A stretch of DNA of 63,249 nucleotides, filler included, from Gonapodya sp. JEL0774 (GCA_027604505.1; 12 parts of 12 records of this genome joined end to end with filler, not necessarily neighbours in it), one strand, 5' to 3'; shown: positions 26,460-39,248, counted from the first letter of the whole stretch. Translations and numbers: made by a program. The notes: generated by a model from the letters alone, not told the origin.

Positions 26460-27266
26460 GTTTGCTCTGCATGGTTGTCAGGCGTGATCCTCGCTCTGCG
26501 GGATGTGGAGATGTGGATGGTGCCAAAAGTGAATACATCAAGAGACGCTGGAACTACTGAATTGTCCTTGCAATATGTCGCTAACTTGGATGCCTGCGTT
26601 GAGAGGGAATGGTATGAGAAAAAATTGTCCAGAGAAATGGCTCAAGAGCAGTCCTATCGGCATGGAGCGCTGGGGACATCCCCTACTGACTGGCCAGAAT
26701 TCAGAGATTGTTCTTCGCTGAGGCGGTGGATTTCATATCCGTCCACATATTTTGGCAATCCTGTCAATGGAATCGCAAAAGCGCCAAAGAAGGAGATTCA
26801 GCATCGATACATTGTGGAAACGTCCTCAGCAGTTCTTTCCCAGTTTGCCGCAGCAGAGATTGCACAAGCAATGTTGTTCCAGAGCAATTTAGGAGCAGAG
26901 GGGGGCTCTCACATTGTACACTTTCACGATGCTGAAACCAGCAAGCTCCTTTGCAACTTTTACATAGGCCAATTTGTCAGTGAGGAGGTTGTGCGATTCC
27001 CCTTCCCTTCACAGGGCCCTCCAGCGCCATTTACTGTGAACATCACGTTTGGCGCATCCACAGGTGCTGAGGAGTTGTGGTCGGATGACGGATTTGAAGT
27101 TGGTGTCATTGCAAACTCTATGAGCTCCTTGAGTGCTCGAGGCGTCGTTAAGTGGACCAGAACTGACATGAACATGATGGAAGTTCTGAGCCACGAACTA
27201 TTGTGGAAGCAGGAGTGGCGTACTGCTTGGACTCTTTTCCGTGAGACTTTGTCAAAGAAGTTGTAG
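26460..27266 (+). CDS. Hypothetical protein, 3' part (5' off-contig)
   Basis: 263-codon open frame running from the contig edge; no family recognised. Confidence 0.55.
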   Translation, partial: VCSAWLSGVILALRDVEMWMVPKVNTSRDAGTTELSLQYVANLDACVEREWYEKKLSREMAQEQSYRHGALGTSPTDWPEFRDCSSLRRWISYPSTYFGNPVNGIAKAPKKEIQHRYIVETSSAVLSQFAAAEIAQAMLFQSNLGAEGGSHIVHFHDAETSKLLCNFYIGQFVSEEVVRFPFPSQGPPAPFTVNITFGASTGAEELWSDDGFEVGVIANSMSSLSARGVVKWTRTDMNMMEVLSHELLWKQEWRTAWTLFRETLSKKL

Positions 27267-27401
27267 TGTCACCTTGGCGAAGGGATCTCCAATGAAGTGA
27301 GAGCCAACAGCAGGTTTGTGACGTCCGTTAACAATAGAACTTCAACATGTTGAATATATTGAGGAGGAAAAAACACAATTACTAATAATTTTAATCGCAA
27401 T

Positions 27402-30400
27402 TCACTTTTTGTCCGCTGAAGGCTGAGAATTCGTTCGCACCATTCCCTTCACGGGAACGTAACTGTGCACTGACGGCGACGATGGTGCACCTGACGCTCT
27501 AATCTCCCCATCTCTGTGAGCAGAATCTGCGGTTTGTCGAGGCGGCGTGCTAGGTGTTGCATCTACTCCATGACTTTGCGACAACCCTCGCCCGTGTCCC
27601 AATTGCGAATCGCGATGAGACGGTCCCGAGCTCGTACGTGGAGGAGGCGTTGGCGCAACTGATACTTCGACCGCGCCGGCAGCAGGGGACGTAGACGTAG
27701 TCGATGTGTTGGTGTGATGAATAAACTCGGAAGGAGAAGGTCCTCGCGAAGTTGTTTGGGGACCGGTCACGACCGGACGGGACGAAGAATTGACGTCTGC
27801 AAATTTTAAAGGACCAGACAAAGTAGGGTCACCATTGTTTGCTCGAATAGCGGAATCTCCAGTGGGGAAGATGGTTGCGGCGACAGGTGTAACGGGAGTT
27901 GCACCCAAAGAAAAAACTGTCTGGCCGGGCACTAAGGGTGATATGTTCAGTGGAGAGCCACGATTTGATTGTTGGGTGGCTGTGGCGGGTACAGGCAAAG
28001 GTGAGCTCAGGGGACCCGAGGGTAAGTTAACATATGACAACGGGATGGAATGAATGGTCGCGACAGCCGGTGGGTCCACAGGAGACCCTCCATTTGGAAC
28101 CGTGGGTATAGAGGTCGGGTTTGAGGGTTGAAAGCCACTCGTATGCACAACCGCTTGATGCGCAACGCTGGTCGGTTTCAGGGGGGCACCGCTGCCCTCC
28201 AGTCCAGATCCCATTGAAGGCGTCTGTATTCGAGACTGAGATTCGGTCACTGTGATCGATCTAGATAAGACGTTTTGTGCACTCTGGAGAGTAGGAGATA
28301 CAGAGCTTGCTGAACTGGCGCGGGCCATTTGCTTCGGGAGCGGCCAGTCCGAGGACCGGACTGATATCCCGTCACTGTCCATGGCTGGTGAGAGTGGTGG
28401 AATGGGTCTTTCTGGCGTAGAGCTTGACGAATCGGATTTTCGTCTGACTGATGCTGGTCGACCAATAGTAAGGTGCTGAGAAGGGATGTTAGAGGATTCA
28501 CTACCAGTCGGGGAGAGTGCGTTTGAAGGACTTCCAAGGCTGCTCGCACCACTTGACGAAAGTGCGGAGTCAGTGCCACCAACTGCTTGTGGACTACCCG
28601 CTTGAGCACGCAAGAGGCTCGCATTCCGTGGTGGGACTGCGAAAGTTGGTATTACAGAATCATTTCGAGGAAACAGATCGGCACTCCATCGCATAATGTC
28701 CTCCAGGATTCCACAATCTACTTTGAATACGTCTGCAAGTGCTTGCGCCGTCTCAGCGGCTCCGCGAGGTGGCTTTGCAAGTTGTAGCAGAGGGAACTGT
28801 GATTGTTGTTGGGCATTGGCTTCCCGGAACATCACAGGCGCAAACACTGTCGCAACAGATGCGGCGTTCATCCGATTTTGGTTCTTCGGATCTGCAACTC
28901 TGTTTCAACAAATGACACGGGAGGTGCTCAAAGTTTGACGTCACAGATGGCGAGTATTATTCACTCACCGATTCATGTGATCAATAACTGCAGAAAGCGT
29001 ATCACGATGACTTGGGCTCAAGCTCAAGATGTAATCCCGTAACCTCGCTATCCGTGCATTGGGGTCTGTCATTTCTATTCGGCCCTCGTCAGTATGAAAA
29101 GTTTGTGGGTGAATTCAGCAGTTACATACTTGAGAACTCCATCCTCTCCTTGTCCGAGGCTGGAAAGAGTGGTATTGGAAGTTCTCTCAAATACATCTTG
29201 AGCATTCCAGCCACGCAGTTTATGTCCTCCGCTTCAGGCACACTTGGGGTTTCTAAGTCTATGCTCTCGTCGTGCTCAAACTTCGTGCGAAGAGTGTTGA
29301 GATTCACATTGGATGCCGGAATGCGGTAGATTCCCTCCTTGTCGAGGCCTGGTCGATCGAACGTACGCCTCGTCAAATACGAAGTGGAGACAATCTGTGG
29401 TGTGAACTATAATCCTTACCACGCCGCTCCACTGCCTGAATGCATTTTTCCACAATCAACGGTATCTTTCGCCCTCGAGGAACAACCCGATCGAGGTCAA
29501 CTCCAAACACCATATCTGCGTGTTTCCGCGATCAGCAAGATATGGGCGGAGGAAGCGTCGCACGGAATATGTACCTTTAACTTCACTTCCGTCCTTGATG
29601 TATGTCACCTTGTCTGGCCCCTTCCACGCCTCCCGCATCTCTAAACCATAACTTCGAAGGTCCACATCCGAAGCGTTAGCCTGCGTCAGACTCTCGACGG
29701 CTGCTCTGAACTCTCCAGTCACAAAAGACATTCTTTCTGCGATAGATGCTGTCGAATTGGTGAAGTGGTTCAATGCTTCCGTGACATACAACAATCGCTT
29801 TCGTTCGATATCTTCACAATCCTGAAAAAGTTGGAACCGTCATGGTGCCTTCTGGGAAGTCCAAGGAGAAGGGGTTACATACCCGCATTCCCTGTGATAC
29901 CACCCTCTCCAATTCAGCCCTCGCATCTTCCACCGATGTCACCATATTTCGGTACGCCGTGTCGGCTTTCTCCATTTCCTCGCGGGACTTATATGTCCGA
30001 TTTGCGTTCTCACTGCGGTCCTGAGGGGCAAGGATATCCCGGTTTTGAAGTTGAAAGTAGTACGTCTGCGACTTGTTATCGTACATTGACCGTGCCTTGG
30101 AGGGAGAAGGGAGAGACTAAGGTGGACAAAAACGTTGAAACCGACAGTGACCGTTGAGGGACTTACTTTTGCCATCTGCTGAAAACGGTCTTCATATCTT
30201 CCAAAATTCATTGAAAGTCAGCAAAGGCCGGTCCCGCAAGTGTTCTTCCCGGGAGCAAAAGGATGGGTGACTCACTGCATACGAGACTGTTTTATGCTGG
30301 TACGCATTCTTGCTAATTTGTCTTTCTGCTGAGCTCGCAGCTGCTCTAACGACGGTAGAACAAGGCTATCGATGGTAGCAGCAAGATTCGTATGGTCTTT

Positions 30401-30955
30401 GGCCATTCCCGTCACCGTGTCTCGAAACTTGACCCAGCAAGTTGATAAAACATAGTTCTCGCCATGCCTGAGCGGCCCGTTCACATCAAGTCTTAAATGG
30501 TCATCTCGAGAGAATAATTCAATCACTAAAACTCACCCCGTGTAGGTGCTCTCACTGTTATCAGCTTTTCGAGAAGCTGCCTCTTTTCGGAGGTTGTCTC
30601 GCAACTTGACTAGAGACCTCCCATATTCCGACGTACTCTTCGAGCTAGATTTATTTGAGAATAATGTCCATAACATTCACGCACAGTTATCGCCAGAGGT
30701 GCCCGATATTGGTTCGTGAGCTCGGCACGACAAATGGTGTCGATAACAGGCCACTCACAGCTGAGAAAAGAACGATACCATCTCTTCCACTTCCGTTTCT
30801 CCCCGTGATGTGACCGACTTGAGACGAGCATAGGACTCTGATATGTTGTTGGATCGCTAGAGTGGAACAGTTCATGGACGTCCAATTAGGGGGGGAGATT
30901 CGGATTTCGTTCGCGACAAGGGAGTTGGGCTCCAAGTTACCGAATTGTTAAACAT
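27402..30955 (-). CDS. F-BAR(FCH)-RhoGAP protein (Rgd1-like) with Ser/Pro-rich tail
   Basis: F-BAR-like SEYGRSLVKL, MAKDHTNLAATIDSLVLPSLEQL; RhoGAP GLDKEGIYRIPAS, VAGMLKMYLRELPIPL, NRMNAASVATVFAPVMF. Confidence 0.88.
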
Positions 30956-31133
30956 GATGGTGCTTGAATTGTGGAGGAAAATGGTCTCAAACCTCTCGGG
31001 GACACCACACGCACTTGTTACACGGCCGGCTGTGGTGACCGAGCGAAGTGTACGTGTGCTTCGCTCCCCAGAACGCACCAGAGTTCTTTCGAAACGAAAC
31101 ATATAGATTCACTACTGATGACCTTATCTACGC

Positions 31134-31638
31134 CTATAGCCTGCTCACGACAACTTTCTTCCCTTCCATTGCAGCCACCTCGTTGTCACTTAACCCCAAC
31201 CAGCTCTGCAATACAGGTTTGGTGTCGCGACCAGTCACAGGAGGATCCCGGATAGGCATATGCTGAGACCGGCTGAATCGAGGGGCAGGCCGTGGCTCCC
31301 ACTATAGTGAACAGAATGAGATGTCTCCCATTCATCCGGTCAACTTTCAGGCTGCCGTCGCTTAATACTCACGTGTCCCGGTTTGCTCCCATCAGTTCCT
31401 ACTCTCTTTCCAAGCAGTTGCCTCTGAGCGGCGTGAGTGTAGTTGGGGTCGCTGTGACCGTTCCCGTTTTTGCCCCCGATGGGAAGAATTTCGTCAAGTT
31501 CCAGAACGGGAACGGTACACGCGTCCTGTCCTTCAAAAATCTTCTCCCATTCATCGCGTGTCTTGGTCAAAAAGATTCCCGTGAACAGCCGTTTGAGGTT
31601 CGGCCACGTAGAGCGATCGTTTTGCGATTTCTCCAACT
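31134..31638 (-). CDS. AMACR: CoA-transferase family III / alpha-methylacyl-CoA racemase, 3' end, with PTS1 (-SRL)
   Basis: FLTKTRDEWEKIFEGQDACTVPVLELDE; last exon PRPAPRFSRS..GKKVVVSRL-stop. Confidence 0.85.
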
Positions 31639-31920
31639 NNNNNNNNNNNNNNNNNNNNNNNNNNNNNNNNNNNNNNNNNNNNTTAATTAATTAANNNNNN
31701 NNNNNNNNNNNNNNNNNNNNNNNNNNNNNNNNNNNNNNGAACGTGCTTGGAAATGGGAGAGTTTGGAAGGCCTACGGGTCGTCAAGAGACATTTCGTTGC
31801 AATTCTCTGATAGAGCAACATCAGTCTTTGTACTCGCTTTGGTTTTATTGTTATCCTCATTCAGTTTTGTGATTTGTTCACGGCCGACGGTACTCCTTCC
31901 TGAACTTCATGCATCCAAAT

Positions 31921-33736
31921 ATGACCCACGCATCCTCTCTGCCCACCAATCACTCTCCTCTCCCCGACGACGTTGTCCTCTCCATCTTTCACTTTCTGTC
32001 CTACGACGCCCTCCGTAGCGCGTTCCTTGTGTCCCAGTCCCACCGATGGAGCGAGCTCATCACTCACCACGTTCTCACCGTCTGGGAGAGAATATGCCGC
32101 GATCGGTGGCGGCACTGGCAAAATGAGATGCCCCGCTTGGAAAATGGGAAGATTGTGATGCAAAGTGGGGCAGGGAGACCTGCTGGAGGTGGAGAATCGG
32201 GAGTGTATCTGGGACCCCCCAGTATCTTTTTCAAAAGCTACATGGATGTTTTTCTTTGGAGAGTCAAAATCGTGAGTTTTTCATGCAAAAACTTGCGTAA
32301 TGACAACTATTTTACAGTGAACGCTCGGTACAGGATCGTACAGTGCTTCAGCTGTTGAGTGAGATTGCAAAAGACAACGGTACAGCTCTCCCCCAGAAGT
32401 TTGCCATTTCAAGATATGGCCAGGATGCGATCGATGTTTTGGACCGAGTGATGACACCGGAGAAGCCCACCGGTGTGTGTTGTCCGACTGTCAAATTGCT
32501 AGACACTGTCAATTACCGACCGACCGTACCAGACGGAAATCTTCAGTCCGTAGCACAAGATCTGCGCGCCATCTGCAATGCAAGATGATCGTAGACAAGT
32601 GGAGGCTGTTCGGTGCGGAGATGACACCAGAGGAGAGGAGAGCAGAACCACTAGAAGAATGCATGTACCACTTTCCTTTTTTTGCTGATTCGACGTTGGA
32701 TCCTGATTTTGTGAGGCTGTCGATCGATGAACTGGCGAACGAGATGAGGCCGTCTCTTGAAGTAGCGGATGGGCAGATGGGGAGAGCCAGGGAAATAGTC
32801 AAACAGTTGCTCGAGGTGAGCGGGTGATTTCTTGACCTTTTGCTCTTGAGATGACGCTCCAGCACTCATGATTTATTCACGTAATAGCGTCACAGATTCA
32901 GCACCAATAGTCAGCATGAAAGGAGCGTCGACCATTCGCTCATGGATCGGGTGCTCAAGGCTCGAAAGGGCACACCACTCGCCTTGTGTGTGCGGTTCAG
33001 TGCGATTGCGAGACGATGTGGTGTTGACGTGGGAACTGTCTTATACGCCGGACACGGTGGGTTCTCACATTCATATTTCATACCGTGGCAGTTTGACCAA
33101 ACACCCCCATCTCTTCGTGTTCCCACACTGGAATCCAGTATTCTCTCGCGTAACAGACACCTCAGCCGTGCCCGCCCGTTATTCTTACATCGATATCTCT
33201 ATCGGCGGCATCGAGCACACCGCTGCATATCTCCGCGATTCATACGTGGGGCTCACCGTTTGGTCAGACGATTTTCTGCGCCCATCAGAACCCCCCGATG
33301 TTCTCACGTCCATGTGCAGCACTTTATCCTCCCGACTCTGAATGTGACACAGAGGTCGATTGACGAGGGCTCTCGGGCCTATTGGTACGCAGCGTCTTGG
33401 GCATGGGTATCGCTTGACATCAGGTTCAATTCCAGCTATTGGGTCCTTGTATGCTAAAATATGAACCCGAGTTTCTCAATCCAATTTCTGAATTTCAGTC
33501 ACACTATCCTCCCCCGCCGTGCGAATCTTTACAGGCGTATCAATTCAACACCAATTTTGCGGTGCGATATCGGTTTGGCACTGGAGCTCGAGTATAGAAT
33601 CCAACAGTGGAAAATCGAAACTGGCCTGGGTGCAACGCGAGTGTTCGATCCCTTGGAGATGCGACTTGAGACGTTTCTAATCGAATGTGGTTTGCAGCTG
33701 GACGATTATTCTTGGATCCGAGGCAAGACTACATGA
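31921..33736 (+). CDS. F-box + Transglut_core2 (FBXO21/SirB1-like) protein; possible frameshift near 32565
   Basis: F-box LPDDVVLSIFHFL..VSQSHRWSEL..WERIC; SLMDRVLKARKGTPLALCVRFSAIARRCG; spliced AGHVFSRV..YIDISIGG. Confidence 0.75.
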
Positions 33737-34452
33737 AGGATCGGCCTTGCGGTCCAGCTCGGCGTTTTCCCACTCAACACAAAGCCAGCAAAGCTTGTTT
33801 ATTCTAAGTGATACAGTCCGAAATCCCAAACCTGGTGGCAACTGAAGCACAGAACGCCATCTTTCTTTCGACCTCCTGCGTTTGGCGAGCGGTAGTCAGT
33901 ACGGATGCACATACGGCCGCGGGAGGCAGAAATCGGTAACCTGATTCAACATAAGAGGTTACCAAGCCTCGCACCCACGCGCTGGTACTCTCTGCAATGG
34001 TTTTTGCCTAAATGTGAGAGGATATTGCGGCGTCGCGATAGAGCAAACCGGATGGCTACTCGCGTCTCTGGCAAAGCGAAGGGAGACTGCGACAGCAACG
34101 GTGGCCTGGCAAACACACAGGAGTAGAGACAATTGGCTGTCAGATACAACCTGCCGAAGGAATCGGAAGTATGGGACAAGCAACGGTTTGTCCCGAGCAG
34201 TGTGCCCACGTAAAATGTCGATGCAGACACCGGACACGCGCACACGCACAAGAAACGCGAACAAGTTTGACGGCACTGCACTGGGGGGGCTTTTATAAAG
34301 TGCCGTGAAGGCGCCACCGCACTCTGACTCTTCATCCTGCCCACCGCACTGTATCCTGTAAGCTGCCGTGTTTCATGGACTGAATACTATCAACAGATTG
34401 TGTACATGTATTCGAGGTATTTTGCGAATGGGTGACAAATGAAAAATCTAAA

Positions 34453-35578
34453 TTATTCTGTCTCCACAACCCAATGATCTTGATCTGCAACCCCGAATCT
34501 GCTACCCGACGGAAACACCACAATTATACCCATCTCTTTGGCCACATTGCGTAACGGAACTAGGAAGAGAGCAGCAGCGGCGATGAGGCGAACAGAGCTC
34601 TGTTGCAGGTACGGCACGAAAGTGTTGCGCTCAGCAGACAGTTCTGCAGTCTTCTTGAATGTCATGGCTCTCTCCAACAATGTCTTCAGGTGGTTCTTCA
34701 TTTGTGATGGGGTTAATGAACAGTTGCCATCACCAATGACCAAAACACACCTCCTCCATCACGTGCTTTGTCTTCAAAAGACAAAGCGCATTCTTGATCT
34801 CATCGAAAAACACCCAGTCCCACTCCTGCATGGGTCTGCCGTTTTTGTCGTGTAGTTTCCTAGGCAGCTCCCTAACCATTTTTGGCCAAACCCCACCTCG
34901 GGAGAGATACGCTGCAACTGCTGCACGTGTTTTGTCCTCAAGTGCCAGGCTATCTCGCTGCACATAGCGTCTCAGTGGCGTGATGCTGCTGAGGTCGGAG
35001 TTGAGAATGGTATACACGCTTCCATCATCCACGTCGTCCACATTGCGGATGGCAGATTCTGCATCACCAAGGCGAACAAGAGCCCCGCGATCTCCTCCAG
35101 CTGTGGCAAGGTGAGCATACCCGTTTGTTCCTTGCGACAGTGAGCAAGAGTGGGGAAAGAAAACAGTGAATTCAAGAACCGCACCAATTGCACGAATATC
35201 TTCGTCAGTTGCCACCCTGAACGCTGGAAATCCAATCAATTCTCCATTTGAGTCAAACTGCTCCACAAAAATGGTCTTGGTTCCAAGTTCAAGTATGAGC
35301 GGCCGGTCCTCAGTGACATGCCCGTATTCCCCCACCAGCTTCCGCACTGGGAGACTACCAGGGAGCGGCTTTGCGTGTTTCGTGAGCTTAAGTAGCAGTT
35401 GTTGGACACCGTACTTGTCTAATGTCGGTGAGAATCGTGTTTTGGCTGCCGCGATAACGTCGTCGACAACCGCCTTCTGTGGGATTGGGACACGGACTGG
35501 CCGGTGGGTTGAAACCCGGACCCAAAGGAATTTCGATGCGGTAGCGGGGAGCGCGTGCGCGGAAAGAGATCGTGGCAT
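34453..35578 (-). CDS. Crinkler(CRN)-like protein: Ubl-like header + PD-(D/E)xK REase-like C-terminal domain
   Basis: Header FLWVRV..PVRV..VVDDVIAAAKTRFSPTL..LLL..PLILE; C-terminal QEWDWVF..LCLLKTKH..AKEMGIIVVFPSGSRFGV; two introns. Confidence 0.6.
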
Positions 35579-37017
35579 TATCACAAAAACTTGGGCTAAC
35601 GGACTTGAATTTTTTTTGAAGTTTTTGGCGATTGTTCATGATGATTGATGTCAAAAACTGCCCCCACGACTACGCGGTTCAGTGGCAACTACGATAAGGT
35701 ATTGAAACCTGGCGCGGGCATATAATAACTACCGTTGGCGGTCCTCGGTTCATCCATCAAGTTTGTTCCACCGTGTCGAGTTGCCCAAGTCGACCCCATG
35801 CTCCCCGTGGTTCCCTGTTGCCAGCCCCATCCGCCCTGTCGTCTTTCTCATCCGATGAAATGGTTGTAGTGTACTCGGATTATCAGGATTTATGTGATGT
35901 GGAACAGGGTGGAAGGACTGGTACAATGGAGCGAAATGAAGCAGTTGCATTTCTCTCCGTCGAACTGCGTGAGAGACTGCGCCAGTTCTTCGGACGCGAG
36001 AATCCAGATCTGTGACTATCAAATGCAGGTCTTAAGCCGCGAGTGTGCCTCCACGCTTCTCCCCGGTTCGAACTCGCAGCTACTTTCGATACCCTTACGC
36101 TCTCCTCCATAAATCACCCAGTTTTTTCGCGCGGTGCTCGCCTCTCAGCTGTATCTTCGCAAGCTACGTGAATCACTCAATGAAATTCCACCGCGGGAAC
36201 ACTGGTACGGGACACATTTAGAAGATGAAACCATCAAGCTGCTGCCCTTGTCAGCCGATGTTCATGACCCAGAAGTTACAAATGAGTCGCACATTTTTAT
36301 CAGGAAGGCATGGTGGCCATTAGCTGTCAGCCATCTGGTTCAGTGACATCATCTCAGTCCAGGCCTAGGCGGGGCTGGCCCTCCTGACCGTACCACTTCG
36401 TGCCAAAACAAATCTCGTTTATGAAACCTCCGTGCTGACTTTGTGCGTGGTGTGGAACGAGCTGTTGTAGTGGCCATTCGGATAGTCATAGACTGTTGAA
36501 TGAACGTCCAGGCTCATGTTACAAGGTAAGTTTCGGCCTCTCGAACGTGATGAGCAGGTAAATCAGACCACCTTTTGCGAAGTTGTCTTAGCCTACCCTG
36601 CAGCGGCGCTTTTGGATTGCAGACATGCACTCAATCCGTGCTAACGCGCTCCTCCGCACCAAATCACACGCTTCCTGAACATCCTCACAACCACAGAGCT
36701 CCGCAAAGCTCAAAAGCGGATAAACGCTCAACATATATTCTTGGAATTACGTCAGTTACTGTGTCCAGGAGCGATGTTCGGGCTTCGCAAGGTATTTTGG
36801 ACAAGTCGCGACACCGTCTTGACCATTGCAATCCTCTCATGAGTCGCACCCATTCAAAGTTTTCAGGAACGAGTCAGGGAACTGGACGAAGAAAGAGCAA
36901 CAGACATGGCGGAGGGANNNNNNNNNNNNNNNNNNNNNNNNNNNNNNNNNNNNNNNNNNNNTTAATTAATTAANNNNNNNNNNNNNNNNNNNNNNNNNNN
37001 NNNNNNNNNNNNNNNNN

Positions 37018-37256
37018 CTTACTCACCGACAGTGAACACATCGATAATGTGTGAAATTGTCTCCAGTTTCAGCCAGCCTTCCCATCTCCCCTCCATCAGA
37101 CATCCAGCATTGAAAATGCGCCCCATATTTGCCGGGCCTTTGTTGCCCTGGAGGCGCAGAAGTTTGGCTGGTGTGGGGGGTTCCACCTGCCTCCGAAGGC
37201 TGAATGGGGGGAGAAGACCCTACTTCCAATGGTTCTCCATCTGATACATCACTCAT
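37018..37256 (-). mobile_element. Possible BED zinc-finger N-terminus of a hAT-like transposase (first exon)
   Basis: YGAHF..HYRCVHC followed by GTGAGT donor at the contig edge; TE-rich contig. Confidence 0.35.
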
Positions 37257-38250
37257 TAGAGCGGTTTTGGATGATGCCTTTATAGAGAAACAGTTTTGAG
37301 TTTGAATTTTTGATATGGTGACAAACATCGGCAGTTCCGTACTCTCGATCCATAAGCCACGAGCACTTGCGGCTCACTGTATGGTGCACGCAGAGCTCAC
37401 CTCAAGCTCAAAGATAAATTCAAATTGTATTTGGCTCAGGTTACAGTGTAGAGTGCTGATTTCATATGTATCTACGGTTCAGTGGTTGTGAACTCTAAAT
37501 ATGACACAATTTCCTCTTGAGGGCCAACAACCACCGATGTTCAACCACACAGGCTGAACGTCTCTTAGTTGCTAGTGCTCTTGAGCGAGAATACGAACGC
37601 AGGCGGGAGTCCCCGCACAGAAAGTCCCCACAATGAGTGTGAACACCATATTCACTCACCTTCACCAAGCCCCATTGACTCCACAGTGTCCACCAGCCAC
37701 TCAGAACATGTTTTCATTGCGTTCGACGTTTTTTATTCATTTTGGGAGGGAAAAGATCTCGAAATGGGTGGAAAAGTTGGTGTGAGAGATCAGAGTGTTG
37801 TTGACTGCGAGGTTTGACACAAATGTCAATTCGTCTGAATAGCAGTAGCAGCTGAATCGAATATATTGGGATGACTGGAATCTGCAATTTCTGACTGGTT
37901 GGAGAAGATCTGCGTCCAGTACAAGTGATTAAGCATTGCAACAACTTCTGAGAACACTCACACAGACCCAGACCTGCCCCATCCAAATATTTGCCATTTT
38001 TCCATCGTTCACATATCATGATGTAGTTCGAGACAAACCAGAGGGCTGGAAGCCCCGCATCAATTGTCCGTTTGCCCAGTCCAGTGACGGGCGGGGGTCT
38101 GACATCGGACCCTGCCAATCAACCCCTCCTGTCCATCACACATCCAATCCATGACTTTCATTGATTTCGCGATGTTTTATTGGCAAGAGGATGGTTGGGG
38201 GGGTGAATTGGGGATTTTTGTGTGTCGAGCATTGGTCGCGAGCCGCACTT

Positions 38251-38390
38251 CAGTGATCGAGTTCGAGCACCCAAATGCTCGAGTTCGGCTCGTATTTGAG
38301 TACAAAATGTTCGCTACCTAAAACTACTGCTCGAGATCGGGTTCGGCTCGCCGAACATCGAGCGAACTCGATCTTTCGAACTGCTCGTCA
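38251..38390. repeat. Cluster of short direct and inverted TCGAGTTCG/GTTCGGCTCG motifs (hAT-like subterminal repeats)
   Basis: GATCGAGTTCG (38255-38265) and its reverse complement CGAACTCGATC (38363-38373); GTTCGGCTCG twice; begins CAGTG. Confidence 0.55.
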
Positions 38391-38562
38391 TGGCGCGAGC
38401 TGGCTTCACTTGCCAACTTTGACTGAGTACATTGTTGTGTGGTCCTCACACCTGCACTTCCACTATCTGAGCTTCAATTGTATCACGGCAAAACTTTGCA
38501 CACCAATATGGGTAGAGTTTGGATGTGAAATAGCTCAACAGTGGATATTGATCAAAGGACAC

Positions 38563-38832
38563 TGTTAGGCGGATTAGAATTGTCTTGAAGAGTAGATGCG
38601 TTTTGGTACTTGAACGATCTCTCTAGCGTTCCTGGTTGTGGAGTTATGTAGTGAGTAGTTGGACTTGGAGTGTGGGGCAAGAGTGCAGTACTAGTGACCA
38701 CAGTAGTGCACTGAGGCTGAGCAATTGAATATAATACATAACCATTGTAACTGCCCCCAACCTCTCGAAAGCTCATTAATTTTATTATGACGCTCATTTA
38801 CTATCAAGGATGTTCCTCACAAAGCATTAACA
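38563..38832. mobile_element. Solo LTR (270 bp)
   Basis: TGTTA..TAACA termini; flanks GACAC / GACTC (4 of 5 TSD match); removing it restores an open frame. Confidence 0.65.
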
Positions 38833-38941
38833 GACTCCAAAACAATAGCTGTGTCTTCAGCAAAAGCATCAATCCCCAGCCAGCAATTCGGCTTGGCTCC
38901 GACTCTAATTTTGAAATAGAAACACTGATACATGAACCAAC

Positions 38942-39208
38942 TGTTAGATGGTCGCAGCTTGGGTGACTTGCTTGGTTTGTTTCAGCTCGGATGGTTTGTG
39001 CACAAACAGTAGTACATTGTTTGGACCCCAAGGGTTCCCGGCGTGTATTTTCTCTTTACGTACATCGGGACATTATGAAATAGACCGAGGGAACTAGTAT
39101 ATAAGGTTAGAAAAGCTCTATTGTAGTTTGGAAGCGTACATCATACAAGCTAAGCTACTAGGGACCTTCTGCCCGCCCAACCAGTGACACACTACGAAAG
39201 ATTTAACA
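38942..39208 (+). mobile_element. Candidate 5' LTR of the copia element (267 bp)
   Basis: TGTTA..TAACA termini, internal TATATAA near 39098, ends 40 nt before the gag ATG. Confidence 0.6.
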
Positions 39209-39248
39209 CATTTACAGTGCGAATCTTCTCACTGTTCTGGTACTCACC

